From a virus (Duplodnaviria; Caudoviricetes): a DNA stretch of 64,000 nucleotides. Both the position numbers and the translations under genes were made by a program. The stretch lies in IMG/VR virus record IMGVR_UViG_3300029976_000159, positions 1-64,000 of that record; one strand, written 5' to 3'. Shown one piece after another: positions 36,558-48,709 of this stretch; positions within the stretch are counted from its first letter, which is position 1, and every line of letters starts with the position of its first letter. The notes under the pieces were generated by a model. The model made no database searches. It was given only the letters and a program-made list of their open reading frames with translations, and had not been told where the DNA came from.

Positions 36558-39500
36558 ATTATATCCCCCAATAATAGGAGATATAATTCCAGCATTTTAT
36601 GGGGATAGTTTAACTATCCCCTTTTCTCTTAATCGAGCAACCGGAATTTCTGAAGTGGCTAAAATGTCACTTGTATTGAAATCTCCTATTACAAATTAGA
36701 AATTAGGTGTTGTAGAAACTACGAATTTTTCGAGTTCTTCAGTAACTTTTAATATAGGTAATATAAAAGACGATCTATTTGCGGGAGGCTTTGTAAAAGC
36801 ACAAATAGCTTTTGTAGACGAGCAGGGGGTTGTAGGTTACTATTCTGAAGTTGGCGTTGTCAAATATGTAGGTGAAAATGCTCCAGTCGTTGAATTGAGC
36901 GAATTACTTACAGGGGGTTATAGCGCAACTTACACCTGTGAGGATATAACTGAAAAAATTTATTCTTATACTTTTAATTTATATGACACAGACGGTAAAC
37001 TATTAGATAGCTCAGGAGAGAAATTACACGATTCTACGGGTGACGTATATAGGTCACAGACTGATACCTGGGTTCCCGCAATTTTGCTAGACAATACCAT
37101 GAATTGTTCTTTAGAGTTTATAGCCACTACAATTAATTCTATGGAGCTGCGTCAAACGCAAACGGTGACCGCAAAAAAAGATGAAAAGGGATATTGTCCA
37201 AGAGGCATAAGGTTGAACGCAACATTAAATAGAGAATAGGGTTACGTCAATTTGTCTATTGGATCAAGGATTCAAAATGATACTCGTAATCTTATGTATG
37301 GCACTTTTGAAATATTTAAAACTAGTTCTAAAGATAATTTTGATAGTAAGTATAGAATTGCTTATTTTAAATTAGAGAATTAGGATTTGTATGAAAAGGA
37401 ATTTAAAGATTTAACTGTTGAAAGTGGTTATAAATATCAATATGTTTTATAGCAAATAAATGATTATGGAATTTACTCCGAAGAAATCGTGAGTAATATA
37501 GTTGAGGTACATTATGAAGATTTATTTTTATTTGACGGTATCCGTCAATTAAAAATAGAATATAATCCTAAAATTTCAAGTTTTAAAGATACTATTCTTG
37601 AATAGAAAACTGATACAATAGGAAGTAAATTTCCTTTTATATTTAGAAATAAAACTGTTAAATATAAAGAAATTCCTATTAGCGGTTTAATTTCTTATAA
37701 AATTGACAATGAAAATTTATTTATGACGGATGACGAACTTTGGATTAATACAAGTGGTTCACGTCAATGGACGCATAATCTAGTTGATGACAATATAGTT
37801 GCGGAAAAATTATTTAAATTGCGCGTTATGGAATGGTTAGAAAACGGCGAACCAAAATTATTCAAATCGCCAGTCGAAGGTAACTATGTCATTAGACTTT
37901 TGTCTGTTTCACTTGCGCCGACTGATGCTCTAGGTCGTATGTTACATACGTTTACGGCTACCGCTTATGAAATCGACAATGTAGAGGATTATAATTTTTG
38001 TCAAGCCCTTACTATCGAGCGTACCAATCGGTATGTCGGTTTCCGCACTATTCCGCTATATGATTTCCCATTAAAAAACATTGTAGTTAAAGCTACAAAT
38101 GGTGATTTAATTACTGTGAATAATAATTCTTTATATGAAATTATAGGTAATAAAGCCCTGGAATATGTTGTTGGAGTGCGATTTGAGGATGTAAAGCCAC
38201 GCACGCAATTTAAATTAGAGCTAGAAAGAGGCAACGATTTGGTTTCATTTGTTGTGACTATTGGAGCAACCGGAGTTTATTATTTATCTCGAAAATTAGG
38301 GTATCATATTAAATCTATTAAATTGATTAATAAAAATTGGGAGACAGGTGACTATGATTTTGATATAATTAATAATCGGGGTCAAATTACCTATGAATTT
38401 GAACGACAAGCTGTCCACCTTAATTTTAATGATATTACATCTATTGATGCAGCTATTGTTTCTGGTTTGCCTTGGTATCCAACGATGTTTAAAACGTATC
38501 TTGAAGAGCCATTGGTTAATGCGGACAACAAAGTTTTATATATGTATAAAAAGGCTTATGAATAGGAAGGATATATAGAAGTTGTGGAAGCAATACCAGA
38601 AGACGAGAGTGAAAAAACTCTTTTTATATATGGTGTTGATTATGATAAAATAGATGAAGATGGTAATATCTATAAAGATAATAATATAATAGGCACAAAA
38701 GTCGTAAGTGGGGGTTGTTTTTATGAAAACGGCGATCCCATTTATAATTATATACCAGCTACAGAATTAACTTATTTAAACGATGAAGAGCAAGTACAAA
38801 TTAATGATAGTGGAAGTACAGTTGTTTATAATCACAAAGATTATGATTGGACACCGCAAACTTTTGGTGGTGCATTGGATGGCTATAATGCTATTCAAGT
38901 TTACAGAGCTTTTGGAACTGCTGATAATTATTACAAATTGCGTTCGGGCGATTATGTTGAAAAAGTTACCGATAATCCCGAGGGACTTGAATATTATGAA
39001 AATGTTTATTTATGTGATAAATTATACTTAGATGGATCGTATATGTTTATTCCGCAAGTTAATAATCAAAATGTATAGCAATATGACCATATAGTTACAA
39101 GTGCCGATGGAGAATGGCGAAATCCTTATTACACTCGTGTTTATTATATAAATACAGCTGATACATCTCACACAGAAACAAAAAAAGTTGATGATGAAAC
39201 TATAACAATAAATTTATACCCAGTTTCTGCGGGCACGATTCCCCACTATAACTTAAGTGTTGCATATAATACTGATTATGACACTCCAACCAATTTAACC
39301 GAAGCTTTTGAGATGATGCCAGTGTCAAGAAATTTTATAACCAATAGGTATTACGATGTTCAAAATATTAACGGTGAATACTACAATAAAGAAACGGTTT
39401 TAAATATTTATGATATGTATTTTTCATAGATACAAGTTTTTTATGAAGAGTATATGAACTATATTTGGAATTTTACTTACGATTAGTGTCGAAGCAGATA

Positions 39501-40266
39501 CGAAGATATATTCAAGGACGGCGGTTACCAAGGTACTAAGCGTTTGATTTTTGTTTACGGTGATGCCGCAGAAGTAGGAGCGGGAACCAATACTCGCGCA
39601 CTTATTTATAGCGGAGAAATGTTATATGATATTATTCGATTAGGTGAGGTAGAAGGATTAGAGCAAAGCGATATTAGTTCTTACCTCTTGGATGAAAGAT
39701 ATTGGGAAGTAAATTCTTCAATGGATAAAATACAAAATCATTGGGATTTCTTTAAAAAACTTTATAATTTACCGGATGATGCAACAATAACTTCAGAAAC
39801 CACAATAGAAGAATTAATATATAAGTACGGAAAATATTTTACTTATTATATTCGCAGCTTAAAAGAGGGAACGGGAGTTTATATTTGGAAAAAAGTTGAT
39901 ACCTCTACTTTGACAAGCTAGATTGACATATTAGATAAAAAAAAATACCCCGAAATTTATTTTAATTTACGCCAATAGGCAATTAAAAATTATAATTTAG
40001 CAACATTTCCAAAAGAAAATGAAATTATATTCGGCTATGATGCTGACGAGGCTGGAAAAACTTCGTTTAGACACGTAGATTTAACTTAGAGATTGGATTA
40101 CGAGGTGCCTTGTACGGATTAGAAACAAGGCATTTAGAACATTGCGGCTGTTTATATGGGCGATAACGTGCGCGGTTTTTGTAACTACAAGCGCAAAGGT
40201 TATAGCTATAATATAGATGGAGTTAAATATACTTGGAAAGCTCTATCTGGCACCGGGAGGGATTAA
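36550..40266 (+). CDS. Large tail/baseplate protein, about 1238 aa, with Ig/FnIII-like and distal-tail-like segments (code 15)
   Basis: MAKLYPPII...; fragments 36895, 37723, 38584 and 39544 are in frame; 'DLTVESGYKYQY' and 'WLENGEPKLFKSPVEGN'. Confidence 0.65.
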
Positions 40267-40268
40267 AA

Positions 40269-42581
40269 TTGGCAAATCCATTAAATGATAAAACTTTTTT
40301 ATTAAAATTAGATAAACAAAGAGCAAAAGATGTTTATGCTCGTATTACATTGCTAACTTTTCAAGAAACTCCAGTAGCATATATAGAGGGTAGAGTTACA
40401 TCAGGAACGATTAATGTGGACGGCTCGAGTGCCGTCCGCCGCACTTGTAATTTATCTATGGTCGCTTTAGAAGACGAAGTTAATTTATTCTATATGGGTA
40501 TAGATAGAAAATTTAAATTAGAAATAGGCTTAAATAATAATATAGAATCTAAATACCCAGATATTATTTGGTTTCCAATGGGAATGTATATAACTTCCAG
40601 CTTATCTACTTCTCGCTAGACAAATAATTATACAATTTCTATAGGCGGTAAAGATAAAATGTGTCTGCTGAACGGCGATGTAAGTGGCGCTTTGCCAGCT
40701 TCTACGGACTTTGCAACTATAGAAAAGGTAAGTAAGGATGGTAAAACAACCATATATTCTGATGTCCCGGTTAAAGATATTATTTTTAATGCTGTAGAAA
40801 ATTACGGGAATGAATTACCGTTTAATATTATTTTAAATGATTTAGAAGATTGTGGTTATGAGTTACTTGAGTATCGTGGTGATACTACGATGTATGTCTT
40901 CGTAAATAATAATTTAGTTAATCCTTACGAACAAATAACTTTAGATAAAAAAACGCTCGTTTATATCGAAGAAACGACCGGGGAACGAAGCGTGCGCACT
41001 ATAGGAGAGTTAGAAAACGATAGTGATTTTGTTTTTAATAATTTAACTGATAGTCTTCTAGCAGATTCAACAGCTAGTAGAGTTTATTTGAGTATTGATG
41101 ATGAAACTGCGTACACCATAGCTAAGGTAATTTCCGGAAATACAGCTGGTTATAGACAAACTGAGGTTACTTATGCTGGAGAATTAATTGGTGGAATTGG
41201 CGATTCAATTACTTCTATATTAGACAAAATAGTTTAGATGTTAGGTAATTATGAATATTTTTATGATATAGATGGGCGTTTTATATTATAGAAAAAGCGC
41301 ACTTATCAATATGAACATTGGAAGCCAACGCAGTTAGGAACAGGTACTGATGTATTATTTGAACCAAATATAGAAAAAGGAAATGTTTTTTATAGTTTTG
41401 AAGATAATGTATTAATTACCAATCTTAACAACACTCCTAATCTATTAAATGTAAAAAATGATTTTTCAATTTGGGGTGCGCGGAAAGGTGTTTCAGGCGC
41501 AGAATTAGATATACATTTGCGTTATGCTTTAGACTCTAAACCAACGAAATACACGACATATAAACTTGCGGATACGGACGGTTTAACAATTAGTGATAAA
41601 AATAAAGCGCAATGGACTTATATAGCTGGTGATGACGGGACTTATGAGCTAGATGAAGATGCGACTAATACAATTATTTGCGATTGGCGAGAGATCTTAT
41701 ACCAAATGGCTTTAGATTATTATAAATATCATGATACTAAAAATGATTTTTATAAGCAAATTGCAACTAATACCGTGGGTGAGGACGGTTTACCGCTGTT
41801 TCCCGACGGACGCACGCACTATGAGCAATATTATACTGATTTAACTGGCTTTTGGAGAGATATATTTACTCCAAATGAAACAGGATTTTTTCGCCAATGT
41901 TTATTAACTAATGGTACTTACATTAAAAATGAATATTACACTAAAAAAGAACAAGATAGTGAGGTTGTAGATAGATTTCCGGTATACACCCAATGTGAAG
42001 ATGCTACTTATGACGAAGATAAAATTTATTATGAGTTGGTTGAAAAAACTAGTAAAGATAGTTACTATTTTTGTGAAAATGTACGAAAATACCCCGATCA
42101 ACTTAACTTTTGGTTTGATTTTTATGATTGTAAAGTTAGTGATATTGGTAAATATTCAGTTAAAGCTATAGGTTAGCGGTCAAAAAACGTTAAAGATGAA
42201 AATGTAACTTCTATATATTATAGAGAAACTCCACAAATAATTTTTGCAGACACAGATAATTATAGTACAATTGAACGCAATTCTGCTTATACTTATGTTT
42301 AGTCCGACAATTCTTTAGAAAGTTGTATGGTAGTAAGTTCACAGTAGAAAAGTGCTTGGGAAGTTGCGCAAGAATATTTAAATGATTATACGGCTGTAAC
42401 TGAGAGTTTATCGTTTACGAGTATTCCTGTATATTATTTGAAACCCAACGTGCGCATTAGTTTAAAAGATAATATATCTAAAATGAACGGAGAATATTTA
42501 ATAAATAAGATTACTTATTCTTTAAGTTATAATGGTACTATGAGTGTTAATGCTACGAAAGTTATAGAGAATATTAATTAA
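40269..42581 (+). CDS. Putative baseplate hub / tail-tip protein, about 770 aa (code 15)
   Basis: 'IEGRVTSGTINVDGSSAVRRTC', 'EYFYDIDGRFI', 'SIPVYYLKPN' hub-like motifs; fragments in frame. Confidence 0.65.
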
Positions 42582-42602
42582 GAGAAAGAGGAGGAAGATT
42601 TT

Positions 42603-42992
42603 ATGGCAAGCTATTATATTGCTTAGGCTTATGGCTATTACAATAACGGAAAAATAAACTGGGAATATCATGATAGTAATCCTGGCGATTCTATATTTGC
42701 TGATATAACTGGTAGCCCCTCGACCATTGGAAAAGCTGAATATAATATATATTATTTTGGTGTATAGAGTTTACCGGGTGTGCGCTTTTCAATTAATGAT
42801 AATATAACTGAAAGTAATGCTCTCGTGCGAATAGGTTAGACGGGCATTTTTGAATTAAATTTAATGGATACTTTTCCGATTAATACTATTAAATTTGATA
42901 ATTTGAGTACTATGCTAACGGAATAGTAGAATTTATAGAATAATAACTATTGTTTAATAGATGTAATTTATACAGAATAGGAGGTGAGCTAA
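42603..42992 (+). CDS. Hypothetical tail-module protein (code 15; absent from ORF track)
   Basis: GAGGAGG RBS; 'FGVQSLPGVRF..RIGQTGIFEL'; ends in TAA. Confidence 0.6.
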
Positions 42993-45900
42993 TTGACCGG
43001 AGTTTATGGAAAACGTTCAATCATACCGAATAATTATTATTTTACATTTGACAAGATATATGCAGACGAAGCCACGCTTAAATAGAATGAAACTGCAGAC
43101 GGTGTCTTAATAGGTAGGTGCGCGTTAGCCTAGGAAGAGCATACTGTCTGGTTAAAAACAGTCGGTGGCTACATTAAAGTTGCTATTCTTGATTAGACCG
43201 GGCGATTTTAGTTATCCGAAGGGTATTAGCTCGCAGCCACTGACGATATAGACTTATTAACAGCCAATGGATATGTTAGAAATGGTGATGGTTTATACGT
43301 AGTTGATTTTGATACTGTTGCTGTTGGATATAATAATGCGGCATTAGAATATGATGCATATGGGCGGCAAGAGTGGTCAACAGTAGGGCAAGGACACTGG
43401 CCCAGTATAAAGGGATTAACTGATCAGTCTTATTTGTCAAGCAAGGTATTTTTATTAAGATAGGTATCTAAGGTGTTAGACAGTACGGATAATAACTATG
43501 TGCAGGTAACGAGTGTAGCTTCGATGGATCCAAAAGTTACTTACTATATAAAAGAAGAAGATGGTACTTTTACTCCTAAAAACCTTACTAAATTAGACAT
43601 TTCTGGTTTAACAACAGCTCAGGCTGAGAATTATTATACTTTAGCTACGGTTGACGTATATTTATATTAGATTATGACAGAAATTGGAAGTAGTAAGATT
43701 ACTGATGAAGATACGGCTCGCGCTAATTTAAATCACGCTAATAAAACTTTTTATAGATATATGAAAGCGCGTTTTAAACAGGTTGACGCTAGTACTACTA
43801 CTAAAGATAATTGGAAAACATATTTTACTTTTGATACTTATTTCACTAAAGCCGATGCTCCAGACACATTAACGTCTAGCTATTGGTATATAGAGAATAT
43901 TTACACGGGTGCAAAAAAATATTCAGCATCAACAGACAATTGGTCAAACTGGTATGACATTACAGAAGCTTATACTGGTTACGTGGGTTACCTCAATCCA
44001 GCAACAGCAGGAAATGGATTAAAAATAGACTCTGCCTCAGTTAGAAACAACGATGGCACTGTTCCTTTTAATCCCTACTCCATTTATTATACAAACGAAG
44101 ATTGTACAACATTAGCTGAAAATATTACTGAAGAAGATTATTTAAATTTATCTAATAAAAAATATTATGTTAAAAATAATGCTAAACGAAATAATTTAAT
44201 TGACGATAGTAATCTTGTAGAAGCCATTAATAGTTTAGATGAAATTTTGGGTAGTAAAACTAGAATTGAAACTAGTGAAAATGGACAAGTAAATTCAATT
44301 ACAAATGGTTCTTTAAGTACAAATTTAAATAATGATGCGAGATCGTATTATATTCCTGAAGACAATGTAATGGATATTTTGGTTCATTAGGATGCTGATA
44401 TTGGTTTTATTGAAAATATAAGCTGTGACAATACTTATAATGTACGGTTTGTAAAAAGCAGGGATGGTGAGTATTCTAATACACGCTCGGTGAGAACGGA
44501 TATAACTTCTTTAACTGAATTTGTTTAGAAACTAGATGATGCTCTTGGAGGGCAAATGAGATTGGGGCAGGACAAAGGATATGTAAACAACCCTCAAGAG
44601 GAGAAGAATACAGTTACAGGTACGGACGCATCCGACGAGAGACCATACTGTGTTCTTGAACAAAATGCCATAGATGCTATAGTTAAATTAGCTGCTGACA
44701 TTGGTCTTTTAAACGATGAGAAATTAAAGAATAATAATTTAATTTTCACTAATACTGCAGCGAGTAAAGACATGACGACAGCTATGAAAGCCCAAGTAAT
44801 TTCATTAACAGATGCTATTTAGCATTTGAGCAAGAATATTATTGGCGATGTGCCCGAGGGTTTTGACAATAATATAATGAATAACATTACTGGAACAGAG
44901 ACTTTAGTTACTAGTGTAAACAGTTTTAATACCGCTATTGGGGATATTACTCACATTTATGAAGATAATATAACTTATACGAGAGATGATGCGGGAAATA
45001 TAGTACCTATCGGTACATAGCTAGGAACTGCGGGTAAAACTGGTTCTCTATCAGATAATGCTCATACTTCTTTATCTCAAAAATTACAATATTTAATTAC
45101 TGAATTATTAGGTTATAGAAGTCAATATACAAATCTCAACTACAATGGAATTATAAAAGATAGCTCTATTATTAGCAACATTAACGTTTTAAACGACTCA
45201 ATAGGTAATAGATTAGAAAACTTAACTTATAATCCAATAGATGACAAGTCAAACGAAGTAAATAATATTAAGTTGGGGCAAGACATAACTACAGCAGTTA
45301 TCTCTCTCAATGCCGCTATTGGAGATATTACTCAAATTATAGAGGATATAGATGAAACTGATAGTTACAATTATTTGGGTAAGATAGACAGTAATAACGT
45401 AACGGGATCTTTAAGCGATAATAACTTGTCTTCATTATCTCAAAAAATACAATATTTAATTGATAACTTGTTGGGTAGAAAAAGCAGTATTTCCTATAAA
45501 GATGTTTATGATGATAACGGTGAAGTAACTGACAACACAGAACCAATTAATGACATTGATCGTAAAATGTCAGTAACTCAAATGATTAGTTATCTTAATA
45601 CTGATGTTATTGGCGATAAAGATAATTGGAGTACCTCAAATAATTTAAAGTCAGCAGAAAGTTTAGTGAGTAATTTATTAACTTTAGATAAAGCTTTGGG
45701 AAATATTTCTGATGATAAACAATATACGGAAATCAGTTCTTTGCATAATCGTGTTCAAAAAGATGAGCAATATGCTGGATTAATAGGTGCTATTAATTAC
45801 ATTACAGAATAGTTAATAGGTGATATGCGCAAAGATACTTCAGATATAGATAATTGTGATAATCGAGCGACTTTACAAGAACAAATAGATGAAGCAAGAG

Positions 45901-46001
45901 AAAAAATAAATACATTAAATCAAAATTTAAATATGACAGATACGATAGTTGACCAAATAAAATTGACACAGGCGGGAGTTATTTATTGGTAGACTCTATA
46001 A
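42993..46001 (+). CDS. Putative tail fibre protein, about 1002 aa (code 15)
   Basis: TTG start after GGAGGTG; fragments 43473 to 45273 are in frame; C-terminal repeated 'AIN/IGD' fibre-like segments. Confidence 0.6.
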
Positions 46002-46006
46002 TTTTT

Positions 46007-46040
46007 AGGGGAAGTCTTAATTGACTTCCCCTGTTTTTTT
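46007..46040 (+). terminator. Intrinsic terminator ending the tail module
   Basis: AGGGGAAGTC-TTAATT-GACTTCCCCT followed by a T-run. Confidence 0.85.
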
Positions 46041-46151
46041 ATTGTTGTCTTTTGTCCTTAACTTTTGGAATTTTTTTTGGTAAAATCTGCAAATTTATTG
46101 GCAATAATTTTTAAATAGTAGTGGAAAGCTAAAAGAAAGGAGAAATGTAAT

Positions 46152-46460
46152 ATGTATTATCAATAGCTTCCACGACCGAGTAGTCTTAAAGGAAGACCTG
46201 TAAGCTCAGTAGACGAAGTGCGGGCTAGCGCAGTTGACTTTGATGGATCAATTTTTTATTTTCCAAATTTAGCCAACGACAAAATCTATACCAAACAAAT
46301 TAATTTAGACGGCACTTCAAGTATTAAGGTATATGAGCTTGCGCAATTGCCCGAACCAGTTCAATCAAATTCTTTTGTAACTAAAGAAGAATTTGATAAA
46401 ACAATTAAGCAATTGTTAGAGTAGATAACTAAAAAAGAAGCCGAAAGTTTTAATTTTTAA
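46152..46460 (+). CDS. Cassette gene 1: hypothetical 102-aa protein (code 15)
   Basis: AAGGAG RBS; MYYQQLPRPSSLKGRPVSSVDEVRASAVDFDGSIFYFP..IYTKQINLDG. Confidence 0.75.
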
Positions 46461-46473
46461 GGAGTGATTTAAT

Positions 46474-46695
46474 TTGAACCCGTTAATGTTAATTATGCAA
46501 GGGCAAAATCCGCAACAAATTATTATGTAGATGTTGTCTTAGAATGCGGGAAACCCCATGATTAAAAATTTATTGTAGTTAGCGCAAAATCATGATGCTG
46601 GTGGTATTGAGAGCTTTGCGCGCAACATTTTAAAAGAAAGAGGTATGGATTTTGATAGTGAATTTAATTCCTTTAGGCAACGCTTAGGGATTTAA
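46474..46695 (+). CDS. Cassette gene 2: small Q/N/M-rich helical protein, 73 aa (code 15; absent from ORF track)
   Basis: AAGGAG RBS and TTG start; MNPLMLIMQGQNPQQIIMQMLSQNAGNPMIKNLLQLAQ...; three TAGs. Confidence 0.7.
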
Positions 46696-46729
46696 ATAAT
46701 ATATTATCAAAAAGGAGGATGAACATATA

Positions 46730-47551
46730 ATGTTCAATGCTGATACTAATGGGTATAGTTTGTCTGACATAGCGGCTGTATCTGGAAACAATAACAGCGG
46801 TGACTGGGGCAACGGTTCTGCTTGGTGGATTATAATTTTATTCTTGTTCGCGTTTTGCGGATGGGGTGGAGACTGGGGCAACAATAGAAATGGAAACCCG
46901 GGTGGAAATTGGCTTACAAGAGCCGATTTATGTCAAGATATGAATTTTTCAGACTTAGAGAACGGAGTAAGAGGAGTGCGCTCTAATCTTGCGGAGGGTT
47001 TCGCCGGAGTTCAAAGTACTCTTGCTAACGGTTTTGCGGGAATGGAAAGCTCATTTAAAGATGCTAGTTATTAGACTCAAGCTGGCATCAATGGTGTAAA
47101 TGTTGCGAATATGCAAAATATGAACACATTACAACAAGACATGAATGCTATGAATATAGCTAATATGCAGAACATGAACGCCTTACAAACCTAGATAAGT
47201 TCTTGTTGCTGTGAAAATCGTGAGGGTCAGGCTAATTTACGTTATCAGTTGGCTACGGACACTTGTGCAATTAATACCAATAGCTCAAATAACACGAGAG
47301 ATATAATTGATTCGTAGACAGCAAATACGAGAGCTATTTTAGACGCAATTCAGCAAAGCAAAGTAGATGCTATGCAGGATAAGATTACTTCACTTACAGC
47401 ATAGAATTAGCAGTTAGCGTTTGCAGCGTCTCAGCAAGCACAAAACGCATACTTGCTTAACGAACTGCGCCCGAATCCTATACCTTCCTACGTAGTACAA
47501 TCACCTTATGTGTCGTACTATAACGGCTGTGCTTGTAGTGCAGTAGCATAA
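46730..47551 (+). CDS. Cassette gene 3: 273-aa protein with Gly/Trp-flanked hydrophobic segment, N/Q-rich heptad coiled coil, CCC motif and Cys-containing tail (code 15)
   Basis: AGGAGG RBS; 'GSAWWIIILFLFAFCGWGG', 'QISSCCCENREG', 'RPNPIPSY..YNGCAC'; five TAGs. Confidence 0.8.
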
Positions 47552-47562
47552 GGAGGATGACA

Positions 47563-47985
47563 ATGGCAGAATTTACTTCAAATGCTATTCAAGAGGTAGC
47601 AACAAATCAAAATGTTCTATTAACTGAAACTCCAGTTAGTGGAAACTGCTCAATTGTGCATAGAGAAGGTAGCGGTTTAGTAACACTTAGAGGAATTACT
47701 AATCAATGTCGAGCAAGATACAAAGTATTTTTTAATGGGAATATCGCAATTCCAACAGGTGGAGCAGTTGGGGCTATTTCAATAGCTCTAGCTATCAATG
47801 GTGAAAGTGTTATTACATCAGAAGCTATAGTAACTCCAACTGCTACTGATAATTACTTTAATGTATCAAGCGCTATTTTTATTAATGTTCCTGTAAACTG
47901 TTGTTCGCAAATAAGTATTAAAAATACTAGTTCATAGGCTATAAATGTGCAAAATGCAAATTTAATTGTAGAAAGGGTTGCGTGA
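47563..47985 (+). CDS. Cassette gene 4: 140-aa all-beta protein, BclA-C-terminal/C1q-TNF-like jelly roll (inferred) (code 15)
   Basis: AGGAGG RBS; 'VHREGSGLVTLRG..YKVFFNGNI..ISIALAINGE..NVSSAIFINV..ANLIVERVA'. Confidence 0.65.
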
Positions 47986-47986
47986 A

Positions 47987-48388
47987 ATGGAAAGATTAAT
48001 GAATATAAAGAATAGTTTAGTTTCTTGTGTTGAATCTCAAATAAATAATTTAGAACGCGCAAATGCTCATGAATTAGGCGAAGTTATTGATATGATAAAG
48101 GATATAGAGGAGTCTATTTACTATTGTTCAATCGTAAAAGCTATGGATAGTGGAGTAGTTGGAAACAAAATCATGTATTATACCGAAACAAATCCTAAAC
48201 AAAGATATCTAGAAGCAAAACATAACCAAGAGGATAAAGTAACGTCATTAAAAGAATTAGAGGCTTATATGAATGATTTGTCAGTGGATATTATTGAGAT
48301 GATAAATGATGCGTCAACCGATGAAAAACAATACTTAGAGAAAAAGATGATGTAGCTTGCGGAAAAGATAGGTAACCTTTATCATTAA
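47987..48388 (+). CDS. Cassette gene 5: helical hypothetical protein, 133 aa (code 15)
   Basis: 'ELGEVIDMIKDIEESIYYC', 'LEAYMNDLSVDIIEMI'; translationally coupled to gene 4. Confidence 0.75.
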
Positions 48389-48689
48389 TGGCATAAAATG
48401 GAAAGTGCGCGTTGTGCCTCGTCAGCACTATAAACTAAAGCAACCGAGTGGAAATTATGCTTTAGGGTGTTGCGACCGCAACTCGCGTACTATCTATCTT
48501 AATAAAGATTTAAATTTAAATAAATTACATAAGGTTTTATGCCATGAAATTGCGCACGCTGCAATGTTTAGCTATAATGTGCTTTTGGATACAGCGCAGG
48601 AAGAATTAGTTGCTGATTTATTAGCCACTTACGGTAATGAAATAATCAACATAACTAATTAGATAATAAAAAATTGGGGTACTATTTAA
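48357..48689 (+). CDS. Cassette gene 6: small HEXXH zinc metallopeptidase-like protein (ImmA/IrrE-like); start uncertain
   Basis: 'LGCCD..RTIYL...VLCHEIAHA...EELVAD'. Confidence 0.7.
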
Positions 48690-48709
48690 TTATAGTACCC
48701 CAATTTTTT
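48669..48709. terminator. Bidirectional terminator at the strand switch
   Basis: AAAAATTGGGGTACTA...TAGTACCCCAATTTTT. Confidence 0.85.

Noticed and set aside
42993-46001. Diversity-generating retroelement target/template pair
   Set aside because: The repeats are both inside one ORF, their differences are not adenine-specific, and no reverse transcriptase is present in the window.
2085-48689. Mass pseudogenisation or a decayed prophage
   Set aside because: All interruptions are in-frame TAG with no frameshifts or TAA/TGA, and TAG falls at conserved Gln positions, which indicates recoding.
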